DNA of 64,000 nt, from assembly GCA_963718715.1 (NCBI GenBank), contig OY970369.1, positions 166,302-230,301 on the forward strand, read 5' to 3'. The notes below the pieces were generated by a model. It searched no databases, had not been told where the DNA came from, and was given only the letters and a program-made list of their open reading frames with translations. Both the position numbers and the translations under genes were made by a program. Each line of letters opens with the position of its first letter. The first letter of the stretch is position 1. Of the stretch, positions 21,505 through 28,457 are shown piece by piece. The stretch is from an uncultured Chlamydiae bacterium (lineage in GTDB: Bacteria > Chlamydiota > Chlamydiia > Chlamydiales > Rhabdochlamydiaceae).

Positions 21505-23139
21505 ATGCGCGTACTAGTCGCTCAGCTCAATCCGATCATCGGGGATTTCGAGGGGAACACTCAAAAAATTATTCGCGCTTTAGACAAGGGGCGAAGAGAG
21601 GGTGTCGACATCGTCTTGTTTTCCGAGCTGATTCTGTGCGGCTACCCTCCCGAAGATCTTCTGATGCATCCCTCTTTCATCGAGGCGATGGAAAAATGCC
21701 TCGAACGGATCGTGCGCGCTTCAACCGGCCTCACCGCGTTTGTCGGACTGGCGCGCCGCAATCCCTCTGCGGGAGAAAAGGCGTTATCGAATAGCGTGGC
21801 CATCATCCAGAATGGAACATTGCTGGGATTTCAAGATAAATGGCTGCTCCCCACCTACGATGTGTTCGATGAGCGGCGTTATTTTGAGCCGGGTTCAACC
21901 CTGGATATCTGGGAGATCAAGGGCAAGCGGGTGGGCGTTGCGATTTGCGAGGATATTTGGCAGCATGCCGGCTATGTCGATGCGACCCATTATGCATGCG
22001 ATCCTGTTGTGGAGTTGAGCGGGCGCCGCCTAGATCTGCTGCTTAACTTATCCGCTTCCCCTTATCAGTTTGAAAGGCCCGATGTGCGCGTGAAAGTCTG
22101 TTCTAAAGCGGCCAAGACGCTCCACTGCCCGGTCATTTTGTGCTGCCAGGTCGGCGGCAATGATCAGCTGATCTTCGATGGCTATAGCGTTTACGTCGAT
22201 CGGGAAGGGAATTTAAGACAGCTCGGCAGAGGATTTGAAGAGGATGCCCTGATCGTCGATCTAGAGGCTCCCGCCTGCCCCTGTCCTTTCTCCCACGATT
22301 CGATCGAAGATCTCTACCATGCCCTTGTGCTCGGAGTGAGAGACTATTTTCATAAATCGGGGTTTAAAAAGGGGTGTTTGGGGCTGTCGGGCGGGATCGA
22401 TTCGGCGCTCGTAGCCTGCATCTCCGCCGAGGCTCTCGGCAGGGAAAATGTGTTGGCCCTTAGCATGCCCTCCCGCTATAGCTCGGAGGGCAGCATCCAG
22501 GATGCGGCTCTGCTTGCGGAGCGCCTTCAAATCGATCTCCGGACGATCCCCATCGAAGGGCCTTTTGAAGATTACCTCGCTCTTCTACACCCGTTTTTCG
22601 GCGGAAAAGCTCCCGATGCAACCGAAGAAAATTTGCAGGCGCGCATCCGCGGGATGATCTTGATGGCGATTTCCAACAAGCTGGGTTATGTGGTCTTAAG
22701 CACGGGCAACAAGAGCGAGATGGCGCTGGGCTACTGTACCCTGTACGGAGATATGTGCGGGGGCCTCAGCGTGATCGCCGATGTGACGAAGACGCAGGTT
22801 TATGCTTTGGCCCGTTGGATCAACCGCCGCCAAGAGATCATCCCCCGCGCAATTCTGGAAAAACCCCCTTCCGCCGAGCTGAAGCCCGACCAAAAAGATT
22901 CCGATGCGCTGCCCGATTATGCGATCGTCGATCAGGTGTTGCAAGGGTATGTCGAGGATTGTCTCTCGCCCGAAGAGATCTCCAAAAGGCACGGGATCCC
23001 CATCGACATTGTCCTCGATCTGATCCATCGGATCCACCGCGCGGAGTACAAGCGGCGGCAGGCTCCTCCGGGGCTCCGCGTCAGCAAAAAAGCGTTTCGG
23101 GTGGGCCGCCGCTACCCCATCGTCCAGAAATGGATGTAG
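21505..23139 (+). CDS. nadE: Glutamine-dependent NAD+ synthetase (nitrilase domain plus NAD synthase domain)
   Basis: The C-N hydrolase N-terminal domain contains FSELILCGYPPEDL and ICEDIW. The PP-loop is GLSGGIDSAL. Confidence 0.93.
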   Translation: MRVLVAQLNPIIGDFEGNTQKIIRALDKGRREGVDIVLFSELILCGYPPEDLLMHPSFIEAMEKCLERIVRASTGLTAFVGLARRNPSAGEKALSNSVAIIQNGTLLGFQDKWLLPTYDVFDERRYFEPGSTLDIWEIKGKRVGVAICEDIWQHAGYVDATHYACDPVVELSGRRLDLLLNLSASPYQFERPDVRVKVCSKAAKTLHCPVILCCQVGGNDQLIFDGYSVYVDREGNLRQLGRGFEEDALIVDLEAPACPCPFSHDSIEDLYHALVLGVRDYFHKSGFKKGCLGLSGGIDSALVACISAEALGRENVLALSMPSRYSSEGSIQDAALLAERLQIDLRTIPIEGPFEDYLALLHPFFGGKAPDATEENLQARIRGMILMAISNKLGYVVLSTGNKSEMALGYCTLYGDMCGGLSVIADVTKTQVYALARWINRRQEIIPRAILEKPPSAELKPDQKDSDALPDYAIVDQVLQGYVEDCLSPEEISKRHGIPIDIVLDLIHRIHRAEYKRRQAPPGLRVSKKAFRVGRRYPIVQKWM

Positions 23140-23161
23140 GAGTCTATAAACTTTATTTTAT

Positions 23162-23191
23162 TTGACTTATTATTAATTTATTCATTATAAT
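23162..23191 (+). promoter_or_regulatory. Sigma70/66-type promoter TTGACT-N18-TATAAT
   Basis: TTGACT is at 23162-23167 and TATAAT at 23186-23191. It lies in an AT-rich tract about 40 nt upstream of the ATG at 23233. Confidence 0.4.
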
Positions 23192-23232
23192 TAATTCATC
23201 GGTAATTAATAAAAATAAATAGAGGTGTTTTT

Positions 23233-23508
23233 ATGACTATTAGTGCTAATTTAATTTCTCCATCTGCCGCATTTGCGATCGGAGCGGCTGTTGCTGCCAA
23301 CATTTTTATTCAGCCCACAACGGCTCTACAGACGGCGACGGTGACGGTAGGCTCTGCGGTTGTCGCTCTGGGATTTGCAAAAGGGGTTGGCGAATTGGCG
23401 GAAGGGGCCGGCCATCTGGCTTATAGAGTGCTCGAGATCGGCCTGGATTATCTGGTTGAGGAAGTGAAGCGGGTTGCGGTGAAAATCTACAGGCCTCTGT
23501 TATCCTAA
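23233..23508 (+). CDS. Small hypothetical membrane protein (two hydrophobic segments)
   Basis: 91 aa. AGAGG precedes the ATG and a consensus promoter lies upstream. Hydrophobic stretches AAFAIGAAVAANIFI and VGSAVVALGFA are separated by a short polar loop. Confidence 0.45.
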   Translation: MTISANLISPSAAFAIGAAVAANIFIQPTTALQTATVTVGSAVVALGFAKGVGELAEGAGHLAYRVLEIGLDYLVEEVKRVAVKIYRPLLS

Positions 23509-24435
23509 AGTGGTGAGCGGCAAAACCTCTTCGAGGTGCTCTTTGTTGAGGTGGAGGAGGAGAAGGCGGTCGAAGCCGACGGCGACGCCGCAGCAGTCGG
23601 GGAGCCCTTGTTCGATCGCCTGCAAAAATAGCTCATCCAGAGGAAGGGCTGTTTTGCCCATCTGCTGCCGCTCTCGATTGGAGCACTCTAGGCGCCGGCG
23701 CTGTTCTTGAGCGTCGGCGAGTTCATGATACCCATTGGCAAGTTCGATCCCCCGGTGGTAGACTTCAAAGCGTTTGGCCACGCATTCTTCGCCGTTCCCC
23801 GTTGTCCGCGCGAGGGCAGCCCTCCACGCGGGATAGTCGGTGATGACGCAGAGGCAATCTTTGCCCAAATGGGGTTCCACATGAAAGCTCATGATGTAAT
23901 CGATAAACGTCTCCCTGTCCCATTCCTTTGTCCCGGCAACAGCGGCGAGGTCTGCCTCGGCGGCGTGGAGGTAATCGATTCCCGCATAGGTTTGCAAAGC
24001 CTCGCGGTAGCTGAGAAAATGCGCGGGCAGATCGCCTAAAAATAGGCGGATAAAAGCGAGCGTCTCTTCGATAAAGGTTTCAAAAGGCATCTGCTCGCGG
24101 TACCACTCGACCATGGTGAACTCGGGAGAGTGCAAACGCCCCTGCTCGTCTGCGCGGAACACGTGGCTGAGCTGGTAGATATCGCCGCTGCCCATCGAGA
24201 GGAGGCGTTTCATCCCATATTCGGGAGAGGTGTGCAAATAACCCACCTTGTCCTCCCCGATCTGGACGCGCATCACATCGATGTAGGCATCGACGCAGGC
24301 GGCCGAGCTGAGGGCAGGGCAGTCGACTTCGAGGATATTTCTTTCAGCAAAAAACTGGCGCGCTTCCGCTAGTTTTTGGGCGCGGGATCTGAGAAGCTGT
24401 TTTAAAACCAATGGTTCGTCGATTTTGGAGGGCAT
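23500..24435 (-). CDS. epmA: EF-P (R)-beta-lysine ligase (PoxA/GenX, truncated class II LysRS paralogue)
   Basis: Class II aaRS motifs are present (YLHTSPEYGMKRLL, FTMVEWY, GIELANGYHEL, GVAVGFDRLL). There is no anticodon-binding domain. The gene starts 2 nt downstream of efp. Confidence 0.85.
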   Translation of the reverse strand: MPSKIDEPLVLKQLLRSRAQKLAEARQFFAERNILEVDCPALSSAACVDAYIDVMRVQIGEDKVGYLHTSPEYGMKRLLSMGSGDIYQLSHVFRADEQGRLHSPEFTMVEWYREQMPFETFIEETLAFIRLFLGDLPAHFLSYREALQTYAGIDYLHAAEADLAAVAGTKEWDRETFIDYIMSFHVEPHLGKDCLCVITDYPAWRAALARTTGNGEECVAKRFEVYHRGIELANGYHELADAQEQRRRLECSNRERQQMGKTALPLDELFLQAIEQGLPDCCGVAVGFDRLLLLHLNKEHLEEVLPLTTLG

Positions 24436-24437
24436 GG

Positions 24438-25001
24438 CTATACCCGAGAGACGTATTCGCCCGTGCGCGTATCCACGCGGATCCTCTCTCCCTCTTCAAT
24501 AAAGATGGGGACTTGGATTTTGGCGCCGCTTTCGGTCAGAGCCGGCTTGAGGACCCTTCCCGAGGTGTCGCCGCGGAGGCCAGGGGCTGTTTCGACGATT
24601 TTCATCTCCATGAAAGTGGGAGGGTTGACGTCGATCGGCTCCCCTTTATAAATCACGACATCATAGAGGATCTCCTCCATGAGCCACTGTTCTTTGCCCT
24701 CTAGCATCTTCAAGGGGATATGGGTCTGCTCAAAGGTCTTGTCGTCCATAAAGACCACATCGGTGCCCTCTTTGTAGACCATCCGCATCTTGGCTTCTTC
24801 GACATCGGCGATATCCACTTTTTCACCCGATTTGAAGGTGCGCTCGATCACCCGCCCAGTGAGAAGATGTTTCAGTTTCGTCCGGTTAAAGGGCTGCCCT
24901 TTGCCCGGTTTGACAAACTCGTTGCCGACCATGAGATAAGGTTCGCCGTCGATTTCAACTTTGAGACCGGTTTTGAATTCATTGGTGCTGACTTGTGCCA
25001 T
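24438..25001 (-). CDS. efp: Elongation factor P
   Basis: MAQVSTNEFKTGLKVEIDGEPY…VKPGKGQPF carries the modifiable Lys in the KPGKG loop. 187 aa. Confidence 0.95.
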   Translation of the reverse strand: MAQVSTNEFKTGLKVEIDGEPYLMVGNEFVKPGKGQPFNRTKLKHLLTGRVIERTFKSGEKVDIADVEEAKMRMVYKEGTDVVFMDDKTFEQTHIPLKMLEGKEQWLMEEILYDVVIYKGEPIDVNPPTFMEMKIVETAPGLRGDTSGRVLKPALTESGAKIQVPIFIEEGERIRVDTRTGEYVSRV

Positions 25002-25042
25002 TTTTCATCCTGCAAAAAGAGGTGATTTTGATCGATTGAGCT

Positions 25043-26047
25043 TTAATTGACAAGAGGGGATTTTTTCGATGGCTTGGCAATAGGCAGGTCCTGGAAAGTG
25101 CGATTTAGAGGGGAGTTTCTAGAGAATGAGGCATTGTGCTTGAGCGCGTTGGCCGCTCCTCGGATGCGGGTCGTGACATGGGCCAGCTCTCCGACGCTGG
25201 CGCCGACTTTTTCGCGGGCCGTTTCGACCGTGTTTTCGAAGGCGCCGCGGATCTGTTCGAGTTTGGTAAATTCTTCTTGATAGGCTTGTTTTAAAGAGCG
25301 AAGAAGGGCTCTCTCCTCGGCAACTTGGGTTTGGGAGCGCTGGAGCTGCCGGGCGGTTTTCCCCAGCTGCTTCTGCAGCTCGGAGAGTTGCCGGAACTTT
25401 TCATTCGTCGATTCGTTCGTTTTTAGATCGACTAGGATCTCGTTCAGCTGATGCAGCCCTTGGGAGATATCGTCTTTTTGACTCTTCAGCACATCGCTGA
25501 TCTGCGCGCAGAGGGCGCGGGAAGCCCCCAGCTCTCGATCGAGCTCGGAAAGGTTGCTCTCGAGCTGGCGGCCAAACTGCTCGAATCCGGAGCGGGTTTT
25601 GTTGAGGGTGGCCGTTTCCCCTTTCAATACAAGCAGTTGGTTTCTGATTTTTTCCGACGTCTGTTGGAGCAGGCGGATCCGCGCCACTAAGTCGGCATTG
25701 GCCTGTACGTGGGCCTGATTGGCGGCTTTGAGCTCTTCATTTGTTTGGGTGAGGGAGAGGTTGATCTGCTCTAGCTGTTTTGTTTCCTTTTCCAGCTTTT
25801 TTTGAGTGGCGATCAACGCTTCTTGGGAAGCATACTGCCTGGCCCAGAAGGTGCCGAGGAAGGTGATGAGGCCGAGAAGGGCAAAGCCCGCCGCGTAAAG
25901 AGAGGATAGACCGGCAAAAAAAACGCCGGCCACTCCCATAATAGAAATGGCGACTCCTGCCCACATCGCGGCTTCGGGGAGGCTGTCGATCGCTTGTTTC
26001 AGGGCGGGGCAATATTCTGTTTGCAGACATGCGTTTAAAAAACCCAT
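25043..26047 (-). CDS. Inc-like protein: bilobed hydrophobic domain plus long coiled coil
   Basis: Residues ~27-77 (AMWAGVAISIMGVAGVFFAGL-SSLY-AAGFALLGLITFLGTFWA) form two ~20-aa hydrophobic lobes with a 4-aa loop. The remainder is Q/E/L-rich coiled coil. A GGAGG Shine-Dalgarno is present. Confidence 0.65.
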   Translation of the reverse strand: MGFLNACLQTEYCPALKQAIDSLPEAAMWAGVAISIMGVAGVFFAGLSSLYAAGFALLGLITFLGTFWARQYASQEALIATQKKLEKETKQLEQINLSLTQTNEELKAANQAHVQANADLVARIRLLQQTSEKIRNQLLVLKGETATLNKTRSGFEQFGRQLESNLSELDRELGASRALCAQISDVLKSQKDDISQGLHQLNEILVDLKTNESTNEKFRQLSELQKQLGKTARQLQRSQTQVAEERALLRSLKQAYQEEFTKLEQIRGAFENTVETAREKVGASVGELAHVTTRIRGAANALKHNASFSRNSPLNRTFQDLPIAKPSKKSPLVN

Positions 26048-26059
26048 AAATACCTCCGG

Positions 26060-26078
26060 TTAGAGACTGTCCACAAAC
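26060..26078 (-). repeat. Solo GTTTGTGGACAGTCTCTAA box abutting the Shine-Dalgarno of the Inc-like gene
   Basis: The minus strand reads GTTTGTGGACAGTCTCTAA-CC-GGAGG-TATTT-ATG. The sequence is identical to the arm ends of the 42091-42267 palindrome. Confidence 0.6.
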
Positions 26079-26172
26079 TGTTTACACCTCTTTAAGAAAT
26101 TCTTCAAAACATTTTTAAAAAATTGATTTTTAGAGAAGCGCTTTCTAGAATGAAGAGAATAGCGAGGAACGG

Positions 26173-26997
26173 ATGCACGGGGAGATCACCGAAGGGCAAT
26201 TTGCGAAAGACACGTTGGAGCGTTATGCGGGATGCGAGGTTTCCGCGTTTTGCTCTAATCTGCTCCTAACCAACTTTCCCCGCTATGTGGATTATTTCGC
26301 CCATCTGCAGGGGGTGCCCGTCATCGAGGGATCGATGTTTAAAGTCGCCCACGCTCCCAAAGAGGATACGAGCATTCTCGATTTTAAGATCGGCTCGCCC
26401 GCTGCGGCGCTCGTGGTCGATCTCTGCTCTTTTTTACCGATTAAAGCGAGTTTGTTGCTGGGGATGTGCGGGGGGCTTCGCCGCCGCTACCAGGTCGGCG
26501 ATTATCTCGTTCCCGTGGCGAGCATTCGAGGCGAGGGAACGTCCGATTTTTATTTCCCTTCCGAAGTGCCGGCGCTTGCCAACTTTTTAATGCAAAAGGC
26601 GGTGACGGAGGTGATGGAAATAGAGAAGACCGTCTATCACATCGGGATCACCTATACGACCAACATGCGGTTTTGGGAGTTTAACGAGGAGTTTAAGACG
26701 CTGCTTAAGGCCACCAAGGCGCAGGCGATCGAAATGGAGTGCGCGACCCTATTTGCCGCCAGCTATAAGCGCAAGTACACGCTGGGGGCCCTTCTTCTCA
26801 TCTCCGATCTCCCGCTGAATGCGGATGGGATCAAGACCAAAAAAAGCTCTGAATTTGTCTACGACCGCTACATGCCCGACCATGTGCAGAAGGGGATCGC
26901 CATTCTAAAAGCGGCCCGCGTGATGCAATCGCATCACATTAAGGGGGCCTACCACCGCAACCTCGGCATGAGCCCCCCTTCCCCCGACGTCAGATAG
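26173..26997 (+). CDS. amn: AMP nucleosidase (short chlamydial form, PNP/UDP phosphorylase fold)
   Basis: Matching segments include GSPAAALVVDL, MCGGLRR, VPVASIRGEGTS and IEMECATLFA. The length and the neighbourhood near efp/tkt parallel Chlamydia amn. Confidence 0.8.
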   Translation: MHGEITEGQFAKDTLERYAGCEVSAFCSNLLLTNFPRYVDYFAHLQGVPVIEGSMFKVAHAPKEDTSILDFKIGSPAAALVVDLCSFLPIKASLLLGMCGGLRRRYQVGDYLVPVASIRGEGTSDFYFPSEVPALANFLMQKAVTEVMEIEKTVYHIGITYTTNMRFWEFNEEFKTLLKATKAQAIEMECATLFAASYKRKYTLGALLLISDLPLNADGIKTKKSSEFVYDRYMPDHVQKGIAILKAARVMQSHHIKGAYHRNLGMSPPSPDVR

Positions 26998-27003
26998 CCT
27001 GCG

Positions 27004-28041
27004 TTATGACTTGCGGATCCAGTTGTCCGTTTTCCAGGAATGAAAGAGTTTGGCTACGCTCCCTAGAGGCTCAGCAGCGAGCTGGGCGATCCGGTCTAGA
27101 TTAGGCTCAAAGCCAAAAAGCATTTGCCCTCCTCGCGTTGCGGAAAATTCTGCGCAATCGATTTGATAATCTTTCAGTTGTTGGATCTGGGCGATTTTCC
27201 CAAGGGGAAAGGTTTTCAGTTGGCGTGCCGCCACTTCTTGGGTCATGAATTCCGTCCCGATCGGTTTGGCATTGAATTCATCGGCCATTTTTTGATTGAT
27301 TTCTACCGGTTTTGAGCCCTTTGAGCTAAGGCCGAGCGTTGTGAACGTTTCCTGGCCAGGCGTTGGATCGCAGCAAATGGTGTAGAATCCGGATGCTTCT
27401 CCGTTGACATGTTTGCAGGGATAATAGTCGGTGTTGTTGAAATACACGATTTGCCCTTTGTCGAAGCGTTGAGGGGACTCTGTGGCGAAGAGAAGAGGCA
27501 GAAGGGGGTTGCCGTAAGAGTCCCATGAAATGGTCAGCGGGGTTTCAGAGTCTGCGGCGAAAATCGCATTGAATTTCGCTTCCCCGAGCTCGCATTTGAG
27601 CGCCTCATAATAGGCGATTTGGCACGTCTCTCCGCAACCGATCAAGCTGAGCCCTTCGCGGATCGCTTGCAGTCCTTCAGAAGCCGTAATCCCCTTTTTT
27701 AAAATGAAGCAGTTTCCCTGGAAGCCGGTGCTGCTGGCTGCCTGCTGTTTTAGCTTAAAGTGGGAGAAAGAGGCGTGGCCATGGAAAAAACTCCCTTGAT
27801 CGACGAGGAAGTCCGACCAATCCTTGCGCAGGGGATCTTGGGATAGGATTTTAAAATAATCATTTGGATAGAAGCATCCCTTTTTCAGGAGCCTAAAGTT
27901 TTCGGGGTGGTTTTGCGTCCGCATCTCATTATCGGCGACGATCCTTTTAACGACTTCGACCACCTTATTGACAAATCTTTCTTTGAGTGGAAGGTGGGTT
28001 TCATAAGCAACAGTATTTGGATTTATTTGAATTGCTTGCAT
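27004..28041 (-). CDS. Hypothetical protein (orphan; candidate effector with a possible Cys/His pair)
   Basis: 345 aa with AAGGAG before the ATG and its own consensus promoter. I recognise no family. The contexts LIGCGETCQIAYYEAL and CKHVNGEASGFY were noted. Confidence 0.65.
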   Translation of the reverse strand: MQAIQINPNTVAYETHLPLKERFVNKVVEVVKRIVADNEMRTQNHPENFRLLKKGCFYPNDYFKILSQDPLRKDWSDFLVDQGSFFHGHASFSHFKLKQQAASSTGFQGNCFILKKGITASEGLQAIREGLSLIGCGETCQIAYYEALKCELGEAKFNAIFAADSETPLTISWDSYGNPLLPLLFATESPQRFDKGQIVYFNNTDYYPCKHVNGEASGFYTICCDPTPGQETFTTLGLSSKGSKPVEINQKMADEFNAKPIGTEFMTQEVAARQLKTFPLGKIAQIQQLKDYQIDCAEFSATRGGQMLFGFEPNLDRIAQLAAEPLGSVAKLFHSWKTDNWIRKS

Positions 28042-28074
28042 TTGTTTCTCCTTAGTTTTTGTTGTTTTTAATAA

Positions 28075-28103
28075 ATTATATTATTTTATTATTTTAATTT
28101 CAA
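28075..28103 (-). promoter_or_regulatory. Sigma70/66-type promoter TTGAAA-N17-TATAAT for the 345-aa ORF
   Basis: On the minus strand, TTGAAA is at 28103-28098, the spacer is 17 nt and TATAAT is at 28080-28075. It lies about 30 nt upstream of the ATG at 28041, in an AT-rich tract. Confidence 0.45.
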
Positions 28104-28195
28104 TAGTTAATATTATTGTTTTATTAAAAAAGTTTTTATATGTTTTCATGTTGGACTAAGTTCTTTCCGTGCTCAATTCGATTAAAACTAAAACT

Positions 28196-28416
28196 CCATC
28201 AGCGCAGAGAAAGAGCAGAGGCGCAGAGGACGCTGAGAAAAAATAAGCATGCGCCTTTTTGAGCGAAGCTCTAGAGGAAGGAAGAAGGGAGGAATTTGGA
28301 ACCATGTTTTGGTTCCAAATTCCTCCCTTCTTCCTTCCTCTACGGCATGCCGTAAAAGGCGCTCTCATCAAATACTCAGCGCTCTCTGCGCCTCTGCTCT
28401 TCCTCTGCGCTGATGG
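28196..28416. repeat. 221-bp long-hairpin palindromic element (CAGAG-rich arms)
   Basis: Outer arms are CCATCAGCGCAGAGAAAGAGCAGAGGCGCAGAGGACGCTGAG (28196-28237) and CTCAGCGCTCTCTGCGCCTCTGCTCTTCCTCTGCGCTGATGG (28375-28416). A perfect 30-nt inner palindrome spans 28274-28303 / 28311-28340. Confidence 0.9.
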
Positions 28417-28457
28417 AATTCTATCTTAAGCCTTAAGCTGATGGGATTCGATGGGAT

